A stretch of DNA of 63,440 nucleotides, filler included, from Octopus bimaculoides (taxonomy: Eukaryota), in assembly GCF_001194135.2 (NCBI RefSeq). It is 4 parts of 4 records of this genome, joined end to end, with 100 filler letters (N's around TTAATTAATTAA, not from the genome) between each part and the next. Parts side by side here need not be neighbours in the genome. Positions count along the whole stretch, not along the records: positions 26,594 to 41,613 come from NC_069000.1; 3 more parts are not named here. One strand, written 5' to 3'. The notes under the pieces were generated by a model. It saw only the letters and a program-made list of their open reading frames with translations. It had not been told where the DNA came from and ran no database searches. How positions within the stretch are numbered: position 1 is the first letter of the stretch; every line of letters begins with the position of its first letter. Of the stretch, positions 26,710 through 40,356 are shown piece after piece. A program made the position numbers and the translations under genes.

Positions 26710-26913
26710 TACATGCGTATAAGAAGGGATGACCACTAAGTGGACATCTGATATGCTAGAAAGAGGTCATCAACGACCCAACCACAAAGAAATAATTTTC
26801 TCCAGAAAAAATTTTCTGGACAAAATTATTTTTCTTTGTGGTTGAGTCATTGATGACCTCTTTCTAGCAATTCGGATGTCCACTTAATGGTCATCCCTTC
26901 TTGTACGTATGTA
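26710..26913. mobile_element. ~200-bp near-perfect palindrome (foldback MITE, probably Tc1/mariner-type)
   Basis: Left arm TACATGCGTATAAGAAGGGATGACCACTAAGTGGACATC...TCCAGAAAA is the reverse complement of the right arm TTTTCTGGA...GATGTCCACTTAATGGTCATCCCTTCTTGTACGTATGTA; loop about 2 nt at 26810; TA termini. Confidence 0.85.
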
Positions 26914-26916
26914 TAC

Positions 26917-26949
<33 letters not shown>

Positions 26950-28148
26950 TGTATGTATGTATGTATGTATGTTTCTGTGCCTGTGTCTGTGTCTGTGTGT
27001 CTGTGTGTGTCTGTGTGTATGAATGAATACATATTCATGAACTTAATTTTGGGGGTCTTGCAATTTGTTATCACTTGGTAAGCTATGCTGCAAATTCAAG
27101 ATGATGAATATATTGTGGTTGTTGTTCCTTGTTATGAAATCATTATATATTTTTGCTTATAAAAATTAATGATTGCAAGAAATAAATTTGCATAAAAATA
27201 ACTCCATTTCATCTTTATTTTCTTTAAAATTCCAAATCCATTTGATAGAATGTAGACATTTCTGGATGTGTCTCTATGGCCAGTACGGAAGTCCTGTAGT
27301 AAGGCTTCTCAGAAAAGGTATTTGTCAAAAATGCTTATATTTACAACTTATTTTTTAACTTTAAAATTTAATTTAATAAAGTTATTTTTAATATACTGTT
27401 ACTCTTAAGTAAGTTTACCTTTCAATATTAATTTTCTCTTTCAGCCTTACTTGCATTCTGCTTTTTATTTTATTTTTTTTGTTTCTAATTTCTTCTTAGT
27501 CGCTTTCCTTTTAAGTTAATTATTTAATCAGGCTAGTTCATCAACGTATTATAGGCTTAAGATATACACATCCAATTTTACTGATGAAAGAATATGGTAA
27601 TTCTTGCCTATGTTTCTATGGGCAGACCTAAAGGCATATAGTAAGGTTGTCGAGAAAAGGCATTGTTATAAAGTGATCTAAACTTATTATTTAATATCGA
27701 AATTAGTTTAAAGATATTTTCATATATAATTTTTTTGTGTTATGGGAATGTAGGTAATTTTCACTTGTGTATATCTGATATGCTTTCACAATTACTGTTG
27801 TGTCGAATCATTGTTGATAGATCTAAATCAGCAGCAGTCATTGCTGTTATCACTAACTAAAATTCTAGGTTACTTAAAGTGAACCTGGTAACTGATGGTT
27901 TGGAGTCTTGTTGTTTGTAACCGTTTGGTGAGCCATGGTGCAACCTTGAAGACGGTAAAATTCTCTAACATTAATTTGATGTGAATGGGTAATATCAAGA
28001 GCTATCCACCTTTTTCAATTTTCAATAAGGTAAAATCTTAAAGTATTAATTGACACATTATTAATTAGCATAATAGCTTAGCTTGGAAAAAATATGGATT
28101 ACATGGAAAATGCAAGCAAGATAAATAATGTTCTTAATATTATAAACC

Positions 28149-28225
28149 TGGAAAAGTACAGGACAAGTTATCACACTTGGAAAAGTTCAGGACAAGTTAT
28201 TACATCTGGTAAAGTACAGAACAAG
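28149..28225. repeat. 29-bp tandem repeat x2.7
   Basis: TGGAAAAGTACAGGACAAGTTATCACACT / TGGAAAAGTTCAGGACAAGTTATTACATC / TGGTAAAGTACAGAACAAG. Confidence 0.85.
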
Positions 28226-28888
28226 AAAAGTTTTACTTAAAATATTGCAGCTAAGGATAAAATCTGAATATTAAAAATGATTTGATTTTAATTTACAAAG
28301 TAACATTATAATTAAAAACGGCAGCATCATTTTGTTAAAATATTGACACTAGAATACTTAAAAAAAATGAGAGCCAGGAGTACCAATATAGCTAAAGTTT
28401 TATGCAAAGTAGAATAGTATATATGGTAGGCAAATTCATTATGTGAAAAATAGGCATTGGGTCAAGACTGAACATGTGAAAACTTATAATCTATTTTCAA
28501 ATTTCTAATTATTAATTAATGATTTTAAAAAGTGAATTTAGTTAAAGTGCAAAAAATATTTTAAGTGAGTNNNNNNNNNNNNNNNNNNNNNNNNNNNNNN
28601 NNNNNNNNNNNNNNNNNNNNNNNNNNNNNNNNNNNNNNNNNNNNNNNNNNNNNNNNNNNNNNNNNNNNNNNNNNNNNNNNNNNNNNNNNNNNNNNNNNNN
28701 NNNNNNNNNNNNNNNNNNNNNNNNNNNNNNNNNNNNNNNNNNNNNNNNNNNNNNNNNNNNNNNNNNNNNNNNNNNNNNNNNNNNNNNNNNNNNNNNNNNN
28801 NNNNNNNNNNNNNNNNNNNNNNNNNNNNNNNNNNNNNNNNNNNNNNNNNNNNNNNNNNNNNNNNNNNNNNNNNNNNNNNNNNNNNNNN

Positions 28889-28935
<47 letters not shown>

Positions 28936-29575
28936 GTGTATGTATGTATGCATTATGTATGTATGTGTGTGTGTGTGTGTGTGCATGTGTGTGTTAGATG
29001 AGATTGGTGAAAGCTACTTGATCGTATTGAATCCACAGTGTTACGGATGTTTGTTGTGTGTGCCATATGATATTAAGATATCACAATACCATGAAGCTCA
29101 AACCTTTTTTTGCGTATTGTAAAACTTAATGCGCCAAGAAAAATTTTAAGCCATATAGAAGATCAATTTTCTATCAGCTAGAAATATAAAAACATATTGA
29201 CACAAACTGTAAATAGATTTGAATCACGAACATGTAATTGTCAAAACGTATCATTTCCTATTGAAGGATTTTGCCTCTCTGTGACCGTGGTATATAGAAC
29301 CACATTCATTTCAACAAATGACATCCGAGGAAGCATATGAAGTTTAACACCAACAACCTTAAAGGAAAGTATAGATAAAGATTCCCTTCAGAAGCAAGCG
29401 CAGCATAGCCTCTCTTTCCCTGTCCCAATTCCTGTGAATGCTTAAAGATCAACGATATATCTGCCTACAATAACCTGGAGCAATGCTGATAGGTCTCGTT
29501 GCCTACATACTCTAGTCGATTGTGAAATTGTGTGTTCTGATTGAATAATAACTTCATATTCTGAAGCCTCTAGAG

Positions 29576-30510
29576 CAGAGGTTCTTAACCATTTATATAT
29601 ATCAGGTTCAATGTAACTCAAAAGAAGCTGTAAGTCTTCTCTTTGACTTCTGGTAAACTTATTTCGTTGCGACACCACACCGAATCCTTTCTCTTCTAAA
29701 TATAACGAAGGAAAAGCCATGAATAGTAATTTAATTTCTTACCAAAGTTAAGAATATTTGCTTTGTATTTTGAGCCAGATTGTTTTATAACCAAGCTGTT
29801 GAAATTATTTTTTAAGTCGATAATTTTTTTCTGTAAACTTGGTTGAGCAGAAGAGACATCAGAAATGGATTTATGACCTAATCACGTATTTAAGACCAGT
29901 AAAATCTTTGAACCTTATCATTAAGTCTTCTTTTAGTGTCTGCAGATGAGAACAATAGCAATCTATATCTGCATCTAATATCAAATTGCTATCATTGTTT
30001 CTATTATGTACAGGCTTGGAAACTGTAAAAAGCTCTCCTCGATAATCTCTCTTTATTGAATGATAATTTTCTGATAAATGCATTTATGATTCCCTTTGCT
30101 TTAATTAAATTCATATTATTTCTTTGCAACTTAATGTTAACCCCATTTAATTTAGTGAAAATATCAGAAACATATGCAATATCAACTCTTTCGTTGCTTA
30201 GTTAATAGTACATGTCAGCGTCATAAGACTTAATTCTAAAACAGTATCATAAACATCATAAAAACGCTTTAAACAATTTCCATTCGAGAGTCATCACACC
30301 TCAGTATGAAGCAACAGGTGCTTAAATTTTCCTTCTTTTTCATGGCAAAACTTCCGAAAGATGCGGTCATTCAATAAATGGGTCTTGATTTTATTTATTG
30401 TTTTAGTCTTCTAAAGGGAAGCTTTAGCTATACTTTACTTTACTCTATCTCAAAGATGTTTTGCAGCCAAGTGCTCTGTATATTTTGTAGCCACATACGA
30501 GCCTGTCAGA
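29576..30510 (-). mobile_element. hAT (Buster/Charlie, ZBED5/SCAND3-like) transposase fossil with one TIR
   Basis: Minus strand reads HLAAKHL, NKIKTHLLNDRIFRKFCHE..FKHLLLHTEV, GNCLKRFYDVYDTVLE, SHLQTLKEDLMIRFKD, and MAFPSLYLEEKGFGVV..REDLQLLLSYIEPDI; terminal CAGAGGTTCTTAACCATTT preceded by the 8-mer CTCTAGAG with a central TA. Confidence 0.85.
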
Positions 30511-31479
30511 AATGATTTCTGAACATAAGAGTCAACGTCAGCGTACGGCTACAACCGCCGCCGCCGACGATATGTATATATAATTATAGATCGGTGGCTG
30601 ATTTATAGTCAGCCGCCCACATAGAATTTACCTGATCGTCAGTTGTATCACCAGAGTAAACTGATGGAGTCAGTTACCAGACACGTCCCTGTAGTAATAT
30701 GAGGTAAGTGAGCATAAACTAGAAATATCTTAACCACTGAAAATTTAAAACATGGGTTATATCTATACACAATTTTCTTAAAAGTGAGGTCTTGTGTTTA
30801 CCTCGTTTAGGTGAGAAATCAAATTTTGTCATTTTTGTAAACTTAAAATAAGAAAAATGGAATAAATTGCATATCTTCCTATGATGTTTCACCAACCTGA
30901 GGTATATCCGTTTAATCAGGTGGTATATTCTTAAACAGTTTGCCTTTATTACAAAATATGCATTTGTGATTTAAATAACTGTCAGATCTGATCAGATTCA
31001 TTAAATTTTACTCTTTTTACTCGTTTCTCTAATGAAATTGAAGTCAGACTGGCCACATGGATCATATCAAACCCAGTAGCTATCTCATTCGGTTACGTAT
31101 CTTTTGTTTCTCTGCCGAAAGCTGAACTAAATTTTCGAAGAGATATTCACATCAGCAAGGCATTTAGCCTCTATGACGATACTCTTTATTGCCTGTTCCA
31201 AGTAACAATATCCGACCTATTATACTTACAGTTGAACTCAGAGGGCAATTAAAAGTGTACAAGAAAACTTTTTTTAAATAAATGGCAAAGGATTCCTTCA
31301 TTATTGAGTCTGTCTTAAAATACTCAAATTCAGTTTCTCTTACGCTGCTGGGAGTACTTCATCTGCGCAATATGGAAAAGATACTAACGGTATTATTCAA
31401 AAGAGACATAACACCAAATTTAAAAATTGCTCAATATTTGGGCCATGTGCCCTTTTCTCAAATGAGATTTGCTGTACAT

Positions 31480-32300
31480 TGCCATACAAACGCTTTTGCC
31501 ACAAGTATCCAGGTATTCTGTAGCATTATCACGAAACAAGTTCAGAAAGAAAAGGTCTCACAATCTACAACTGTACCTAGACAAATTCCTTCAAGGAATA
31601 TCATACACACCACCTACACCTTAATAAACTTTGACCAGCAACTTCCTATTTGGATTGCAGTGATACAAAACAATTATGACTGAAAAAACTTCATGAATTA
31701 GACGAATCCAGGATCGATATCGAGCATATACATAAAATACATACTTACATAAATATATACATGCAAAAGTGCCGATATTGCAACGATGGAATTGAAACAG
31801 TGGACCACCAAATCTCGACATACAAATTTTTAGCACCAATAAAGTATAAATCATGACATGACAGAGTTGGCCAATATCTACACTGGTTAATGTGTTAGCA
31901 TTATAAAATCAGAACTGCTGACAAATGGTATTAGCTGAGGCTGTAACTGAGGAAGAAAATTTAACGACAGAACCATCAAAGCTAATAAACCGGATATTGT
32001 TGTGAAAGACCAAAACAATGAAGTCTGTTTATTGATTTGTATGAGCATCCCCTGTGATCGTAATATCTCAGCAAAAAAAATTTGACAAACTCAAGAAATA
32101 TAAAGATTTGCTGATTGAAATCGAAAAATATGGCATCTCAAGTCGGTTACAATACCAGTGATTGTAGAAGCACTTGGAATGATCAAAAAAGGAACTGAAA
32201 ATTATTTGAGAATAATCCTTGGTTTACTATCCATATAAGAAGTGGAAAAAATTGTTCTAACTAGTATGTCACACGCATTGAGAAGAGCATTGTCACTTTG
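31480..32300 (+). mobile_element. Degraded R4/Dong LINE (post-RT region, CCHC, RLE)
   Basis: KYPGIL, ETVDHQIS, HDRVGQYLHWLMC, ANKPDIVVKDQNNEVCLLI..KYKDLLIEIEK..TIPVIVEALGMIKKG..SHALRRALSL*. Confidence 0.8.
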
Positions 32301-32578
32301 AGTTTTCTTTCTTTTTTCCCCCTTTTTTTTCTATGTTTTCTTTTTTCATTTGTTCTATTTTTCCTTTCTTCTTTCTTTTTTTCCCCCTTTATCTCTATCA
32401 CATATCGTGACTTTGTACATGAACAATCTGGTGTGTTTATATTAATACCTACCAATGTATACAACAAACTTCTCTACCCTAGGTATCGGCAAGAAATGGA
32501 AACAAAATTGAAAGAAAAAAAAAAAAAAATAATAATAATAATAGTAATGATGATAATAATAATAATAATAATAATAAT

Positions 32579-33147
32579 GGGACCTATATACACTGGAAGC
32601 TATGCCAACACTATGGAATAACAACAGAAAAAAGATGGTATAAACACACGCCAGAAAAGGTCACAGAAAACGAGAAAGCAACCATACTCTGGGATATGCC
32701 AATACACACAGATAGAGAAATTAAGGGAAATAGACTAGATATAGTTGTCAAAGATCATGAAGAAAAAATGTTTTCTAATTGATGTATCAATACCAGCAGA
32801 TGACAACGTTTCTCGAAAAGAAATGGAAAAACTTTCAAAATACAAAGACCTGGAAATAGAGATAACTCTAATGTGGAATCTAAAAACAGAAACAATTCCT
32901 ATCATAGTAGGTGCCTTAGGTATAATTAAAAAATATTCAGACAAATACATAACAAAAACACCAGGACTTACAAATATATATAACGTACAGAAAATTGCAC
33001 TACTGGGTACTGCACACATTCTACGCAAAACACTTTCAATACAGTAAACATAAGAGCACCACAGCAAACCACAGCACATACCCAAGGCGCACAGAGCTGC
33101 GCTCGGTAGTGAAGTGAAAGCACGTTATAAAAATAAAACTACTGAAC
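32579..33147 (+). mobile_element. 5'-truncated R4/Dong LINE inside an (AAT)n microsatellite
   Basis: GTYIHWKLCQHYG..WYKHTPEKVTENEKATILWDMPIHTDREIKGNRLDIVVKD..CFLIDVSIPADDNV..EKLSKYKDLEIEI..LLGTAHILRKTLSIQ*; flanked by (AAT)n at 32528-32578 and 33148-33171. Confidence 0.92.
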
Positions 33148-33172
33148 AATAATAATAATAATAATAATAATA

Positions 33173-33520
33173 GGCGTAGCTGTGTGGTAAGAAGGTTGCT
33201 TCCCAATCACATGGTTCCGGGTTCAGTCCCACTGAGTGGTACCTAGGGTAAATGTCGTCTACTCTTAGCCACAGGCCGACAGAAGTCTTGTGAGTGGATT
33301 TGATAGACGGAAACTGAAAGAAGCCTGTCGTATGTATATGTGTGTATGCATACGTGCGCGTCTTTGCGTCTGAGTCTGTCTCCACCATAACTTGACACCC
33401 AGTGTTGTTGTGTTTACGCCCGCCGTAACTTGGCAATTCGGCAAAAGTGACAGATAGAATATTAGGCTTTAAAATAGTACTGGGTTTCCCATCCTGGTCG
33501 TAGTTTAATGACTGAAAAAG
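33173..33520 (+). mobile_element. SINE family B
   Basis: GGCGTAGCTGTGTGGTAAGAAGGTTGCTTCCCAATCACATGGTTCCGGGTTCAGTCCCACTG...GACGGAAACTGAAAGAAGCC. Confidence 0.9.
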
Positions 33521-33521
33521 T

Positions 33522-33542
33522 ATAATAATAATGATAATGATG

Positions 33543-33577
<35 letters not shown>

Positions 33578-33777
33578 TTTGTCATAAGGGCAGCCATTTT
33601 CGGGTGGGGGAGATGAGTCGATTACATCGACCCCAGTGTTTCACTGGTACTTAATTTATTGATCCAGAAATGATGAAAGGTAAAGTCGACCTCGGAGGAA
33701 TTTGAACTCAGGACGTGGCGACGGGCAAAATACTGCTAAGCATTTCGTCCAGCGCGCTAACGATTCTGCCAGCTCGC
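33522..33777 (-). mobile_element. SINE family A with long (AAT)n tail
   Basis: Full reverse copy ending CTAACGATTCTGCCAGCTCGC. Confidence 0.9.
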
Positions 33778-34796
33778 AATTGTGGATTATTGACGTTACA
33801 GGTGGGAACAAGGGTAAATCCATCTAAATATCATCAATGGGGTGAGACACAAAACATTTTGAAATAATCTTACTTATGATAAAACGAAATGCGTGTCTCG
33901 GCAGTCAGGCTGGTATAAGGAGACTAAAACAACAAACGCAGTGGAACTGAGTGACAGTCAAAGACGCTGAATGCAGGCAAACTGTTGTAAAAGGCTTTAC
34001 TCTGAAGTTGCTGGTATTTTAATAAAAAGAAAATTGCAAATCTTTTATCGTAAATTGTATTTAGTTTATCAGTTACACAGATAGACTCACAGACACATCA
34101 ATAGAATATGAAATTAAATGTTAAACTCTCTTTTTTTTCCAGAAAATTATCGTTTACATAACATATAAGCACACATATAGTTGAAAAGGGTTTAAGAAAC
34201 CTTGCAAATCATAGATAAAAATCAAAGATAAAAGTGGAAACACCATGGATATATGTCTAAAGATTCTTTTTACACATTTTTTTTTAATCGGATAGGATAA
34301 GTATTTTTTATTTGTTACATTAAGTAATTTTATAAAACATTACCGGTTTCAATGAGTATGTTTATCTTATCAAATATTAAAAGTTAAAAGTAGAAAAATT
34401 AGGAAATAGAAATTAAAACCTAATAATCCAAACAGTTTGTTCTCATATTCTGTACATAGTTAAGATATTTTCTCTTAAAATCTCTTCTTACATGTGTTGT
34501 TTCTGCACGGGTTTGGAATGGGGTTTAAGTGGTTGAAGTTAAATTCGGGAAATTCATTTTTATTAGATTTTTCATGAGTGGCTCAGATTTACTTCAACCT
34601 GAACTTATTCCACTTCACCTGAAACAACATGAATAACTGTGACAACTTAATGGACCAATTGGATAATAGCTTTCGTTTATGATGCATAACTTGTTAGAAT
34701 TTAGTTGGAGGAAATTTATAGAGATGGTCATACAGCGAATCCATCCTCGGCAGAAGGGATTCGGTGCAGTATCCAATACTTTTTCTTGACTGAGAG

Positions 34797-35062
<266 letters not shown>

Positions 35063-35694
35063 TTAAAGTTTCAACTGAAAAATCTTTGTGTATTAATCTG
35101 AAATGTACATTATATATAAATATTGCAAAACTTTCTTACATATGCCCACTCCGACGCAACGTTAGTCAGCCTGGCTGGTGTTTTACAGTGTTCCCCATCT
35201 CTCTCACTCTTTCACTCATTCCCTCTCTCTCTCTTTCTCTTCATCTCTCTTTCTTCCTTTCTTTCGCTCTCTCCCTTTCTTTCTCTCTCCCTTTCTCTCT
35301 TATTCTCTTTCACTTATAGTGCAAACCGTCTGTTTGGCATTATTTGCTTCGGTCTTATTGATTTAACCCGGTTCCGTTTTAAAGAATATCAAAAGGTCTA
35401 CAAATAGCAAGTTTCGAAAAAGAAAAAATACCTAGAATAGGATGTTAATCATGAAGAACTGCAATCTTCTGATAAATTTCTCTGAACTGATGGAGAACTG
35501 GGAACAAAAGTTACTGCTTTTAAAAGTTACAATGGTCTTTATCTGCACTACTGATCTAAATTTCCTATAATTTTGTGCCTTGTCTGTGACAAAAAAGTTA
35601 CTTTAATGCAGCAATAGCTCATGAAACTATTAAAACGGTGTTACAACAAAACTCAGCAATATGAAAAATATCAGTGCTTATTATTTTATACAGT

Positions 35695-36005
35695 GGAGGC
35701 ACATAGCCTAGTAGTTAGAGCAGTGGACTCGCGGTCGAGGGATCGTGGGTTCAAATCTCAGACCGGGCGATGTGTGTGTTTATGAGCGAAACACCTAAGC
35801 TCCAAGAGGCTCCGGCAGAAGGTAATGGTGAACTTCTGCTGATGCTTTCGACACAACTTTCTCTCATTCTTTCCTCCTGCATCTAGCATGTCACCTGCGA
35901 TGGACCAGCGTCCCGCCAAGGTGGGGAACCTATACGCCAATGAAACCGGAAAACCGGCCCTTATGAGCCAGGCATGGCTCGAGAAGGAACAAACCACAAC
36001 CACAA
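35695..36005 (+). mobile_element. tRNA-derived SINE with V-domain-like core
   Basis: A-box TAGCCTAGTAGTTAG, B-box GGTTCAAATC, and body CCTGCGATGGACCAGCGTCCCGCC resembling the V-SINE central domain; short AAC/CAC tail. Confidence 0.75.
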
Positions 36006-36693
36006 TTATTTTAAACGGTTATTGAATCTCATAATAAAAGGAGTGTAGCTTTTGTAAATAAAGTCAGTGACAGAGAATAGATATGAGAATAAAATTATTC
36101 TGCTGTGGAAACTATTACACAGAAAAGGAAAAGTCACAAATCTAGTGAGAGCTTAGTGCAACTAGCATGTAAAATTATAGTAGATAGAATGATGAGACAC
36201 AAGTTGCTATACAAGGAATTGAAACATTCCACTTTCAAGCAAGACAGTCTATCGATGCATTATATATTGTAGCTGAAGAGGTTTTCAGTGATAAAAGGCA
36301 AAATAGATTGCTACTGATGTTGGTGTCAATTAGAAAAGAAATACAAGCGATAAGAAAATAGATAAAATATTTGATATTTTGTTCTCATATCAGGAAGCAC
36401 AAGGCTTCTGGGAATGATGGTGCTTCATCAAAGTTCGGTTCCATAATAGATTCAGGTATTGTTTCAATACATTGTTGCATTCATTGCTAGGCAGATCTAA
36501 TTTCAAAATCTCTTGGAAATGAATTGCAAAATATTTTAATGATGCTACAAAAAGAGTCACTTTATTAAATTATGATCATTTCACGTACTGTGGAAAAACC
36601 CGAACAAAGTGTACATACTGTACATAAAGTCCTGCTCCGCAGAGAAGCCTGTGCCTGAATGAAGCAATAGGTGTTTGAGCTTAATGATGAAAA

Positions 36694-37793
36694 TACGAAG
36701 GGGTGCTGAAAAGTTCATGAAAGTGTAAATCTTTTACCTTTACTGTGTAGATAGGATAACTAATAGAAAATATGCAGACAATATGGTAGGTGGAAGTTTC
36801 ACATGAAGATTTTATGCAGCGAAGATATTTTTAAGGAAACTCGCGATGTCATTCCAACACAGACAAAATTTGAACATCAACTACATTGCCAAAGACGACC
36901 AACAAAGCACTATACAATATATCTTTCTCTTTTTCGCAGATTTAACGCATGATGGCAACTCTTACACTGGATTTTGGTAAAATTGAAGCACATCATAGTC
37001 ATGGGAATTTCGCGCGAAAATGTTAACCACATTATCCGCAACATTCTGGACATGAGAAAGCTTTCCACAAAATGGGTGCCAAAGTGCCTGAACGCAGATC
37101 AGGAGCGCATCGGTCTACAGCGGGAGAGGCTTATTCTTATTGCTCGTTTAATCATCATGGATGAAATGTGGCTTCGTCATTATGATCTTCGGACCAGGCA
37201 GCAATGAAGTAATTGGCGCCACATCGGTTCACCACGTCCCAAGAAGTTTTGGACCCAGAATTCAGCTGGAAAGATTTTGGCTTCTGTGTTCTGGAATAAA
37301 GACGGAGTACTGCTCATAACATACCTGCCAACGTGTCGCACCATCAACACAGAATACTATATGTCTCTGTTGGACGAACTGCGTGAAGTTTTGAAGCAGA
37401 AACATCGTGGAAAGTTGACCCGTGGCGTCTTGTCTTTGTATCAGCATGCACAGCACATGAAACACTACGGAAAATACGAGACTTTGGCTTTGAATTGATA
37501 GACCACCCACCTTACTCTCCTAACTTGCCTCCTCTGACTATCACCTCTTTCCACAACTGAAGAAACAAATGTAACGAAATATCATTCCGATTCGAAAGTG
37601 GTCGCCGCTACAGAGGCCTGGCTGGAGGCCCATCCTTCCGAGTCCTTTTTTACAAGGCTTAGAAAAAACTGAAAGACTGCTGCAATTAGTGTGTGAATCT
37701 GAGAGGGGAATATGTTGAATAAAATCATAATTAACTGATCTTCCTGTATTTTCTTTTACCCAAATCTGGGGACTTTTCAGCGCCCTCCTCGTA
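36694..37793 (+). mobile_element. Mariner (DD34D, irritans/Himar-like) defective transposon with both TIRs
   Basis: TIRs TACGAAGGGGTGCTGAAAAGTT and GACTTTTCAGCGCCCTCCTCGTA; motifs KWVPKCL, IMDEMW, SAGKILASVFWNKDG, TINTEYY and HPPYSPNL..SDYHLFP; multiple frameshifts. Confidence 0.92.
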
Positions 37794-38179
37794 GTGAGCC
37801 TAAGATTGTCAAGTGCTCTGAAGATAAAAAATAGTTAGGAAGGTTAACCTACTAAGCAGAATATTGAGTGAGTAGTTCAGTAGATTGAACATTCAGAATT
37901 GATTGGAAAACTGACCAAGACCCTTTTACTTTTAGTGTGTATGGTTGTTTGAAGGTACGCGTGTATGTGTATAAGTGTGCTTTACAACTTTATGTATGTG
38001 TAGGACGGCTTTACGCTTCATTTTTATTGTATGAAAAATTTCAAAGTGATAATAAACAAAAGAATATAGAAATATTGTTTGTAGAAACACTCACAACCAG
38101 CCCGAAGCAAGAATTGCTAGTCCTTCTAGTATTAGATAAATGGTTCTGCACACTTTCTCTCTTTTACTGAAAATGGCCT

Positions 38180-40356
38180 TCCCCAGAATAAGCAGCATGG
38201 CTGCACATGACCTGGGATCGCCTTGTAAGTCCACCTGCTCAAACACGACAGATGACAAGATATAGCGAAACTTGAATTTTTGGAGGCTCAGTCATTTGTA
38301 CTCATCTATGGAGCCTATGTGGTGTACCCGTCTCCAGGCAGTAGAATAATTGTGTTGTTTCCGGCAGTTCTGTATCGCACAATACTGACCGTCGTTCTGT
38401 ACTCGGAAAATAAGTCGGGGGTGCTGGAGGTGGCCAGCAGCAAAGGCCAAAACTACAGAGTTGTTGCGGTCTACACTCCGAGTTAATGCCCGATTAGACT
38501 ACTTTCTCTGGCTTGAATGTTTCCTGGAGATGCCATCTTGAACTGATAGGATACGATGTGAAAAAACCTCACAAATTTGCTCAGACCTTTCCAACTGTCT
38601 GGCAGTTACCGAATGGTATACCCGAATATGCCAAGGTGGACCTGGACAAACAGTATAAGTTCATTCAGATCGTATATAGAGGGAGTATTCAGTAGGTCAG
38701 TAGATAGGGGTAGCGTAGATTGTTCACAAGATAGTCATCGACTACACAGACCTCAAATTTGTGATCTGCATGGTTGAACACGATAGCCTTTGAAGGCTGG
38801 GTCCCAGTTACGAATCTTTCTCTACGTTCCAATTTTATTCTGATCGAATTTACGAATTGACGGGGGCAATGGTAGTTTTCCCCCGTGAAACAGAATCATC
38901 CAGGTTTTGTGAAGAAGTAGCAACAAAGAAAACTAGATCAGGAGGCGACCAAGTTAGAAGAGGTGCTTAGGAAAAACTTGACCAACGTGCTTACGGCGAA
39001 ATTGATCCTAAACTAGTTTTTCAATTTGTAGCACGAAGGCTACGTTGTCAGGCTCTAAGCCATCAAGGAACGATAAACGCTTGATGAGCTCGAAAGGCAG
39101 AGGCACAAAATGGAAACAGACCACAATTTAGTCTTTACCGGACCAAGATGAGGCATTCTACTTGATTCCAAGATGATATGTGCAACTTTTCTACAATACT
39201 TTGCTCGATTGTTCGGGACGAATAGCGGGCTGGATTTCAGATGGATTTCAATGTGCCTACCTCACCGACTTACCGCGACTCTGAGTAGTGGAGACGAACT
39301 TTTGCGAAAAGCCGATAACAGTCACTGACAATACAAGAACCAATGGACGGTTATGCGAAGGCAAACCATCTGGTTTGACTAGCCTTACTTTTACGAACTT
39401 TAATTATAATGCCAGACTTGTTCGGCAGATTTCTACTGCAACTGGTAACAACGAGAGAATTTCTACTTCTGTCAGCCGATAAATTGTGGCACTGCTAAGA
39501 AAGGTTTATTCCTCATAACTCTTGTTAAATGCATATTCAAAGATTTTGGCCAAGACGCTAGTGAAGTGGTTGTCGCTTGTTGTCGGTGGTCTGATCGATA
39601 ATGCGCAGATATGTGCTATCCCGAACAGATCTATCCACGACCATCTACATCTCATGCGATACATCGTAGGAAGTGTGGGTAAGGAGAGTGTCATTGGCGG
39701 GTCTTTAATCAAGTTAGATTAATCAAAAGCCTTTGATTGAGTTGACAACCAATGCACTAACTACCGTCTTCACGGCAATTAGTTTTCGTACAGTCTTCAG
39801 GTGCTGGATCGCCGTTTAGTGGTTATGGTGAATGGTCAATCTTTCGTATCATGCGCTCACACTTTTAAGATTGTCCCCTCTTGTGTCTTCTGTATGTACT
39901 GATTCTTGAGTCACTACATCGGAGAATAGAGAACGAAAGGGTCATCCGGCGCAAAATTGTATGCATAAGATCTGTGTTGGCATATGCGGACGTCACCGTC
40001 ATAGCGTCACCGTCAATGTGATTGGCTCTGCTTTAAAAGACTACGAGACAGTGACAGAAGCCCTACACAAGTATCTTGAAAGGTTGGGAGGGAGTGCGAA
40101 GGCCTACCTCACTTCCACCATCTACCACCGCTTGACTGTTGTGTTTTGCCCAAGTTCATGTGTGATGAAACTCGAGCGTCTGGTCTTCCCCTTTTAATAG
40201 AAGAAATATGTTCTATTTGTACAGCACATTTCCCTCACCCATCACAAAGTACGGTAAGTATTTCGTTGTCCGACATGGCCTTGCACAGAATAGACAGGAT
40301 AAATGTATGTATGTGGCCTGGGGTCACCTTGGGAACAGGGCCACCTACTCAATGAC
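38180..40356 (+). mobile_element. Tx1/L1-clade LINE ORF2 remnant (APE and RT)
   Basis: YRVVAVYTP, RWTWTNSISSFRSY, TLLNAYSKILAKTLVK, QICAIPNRSIHDHLHLMRY, LIKLD*SKAFD, and AYADV (YADD-like); heavily disrupted. Confidence 0.85.

Noticed and set aside
28149-28225. CRISPR-like 29-bp direct repeats
   Set aside because: The repeats are contiguous with no spacers, in a eukaryotic context with no cas genes
29290-29560. AFTGIGTGK similarity to the HAFTGCD motif of some transposon-associated nuclease proteins
   Set aside because: Only a few residues match and the frame is broken, so it cannot be supported without an HMM search
35695-35770. tRNA gene
   Set aside because: A and B boxes are present, but there is no closing acceptor stem or T-run terminator, and the sequence continues into a SINE body
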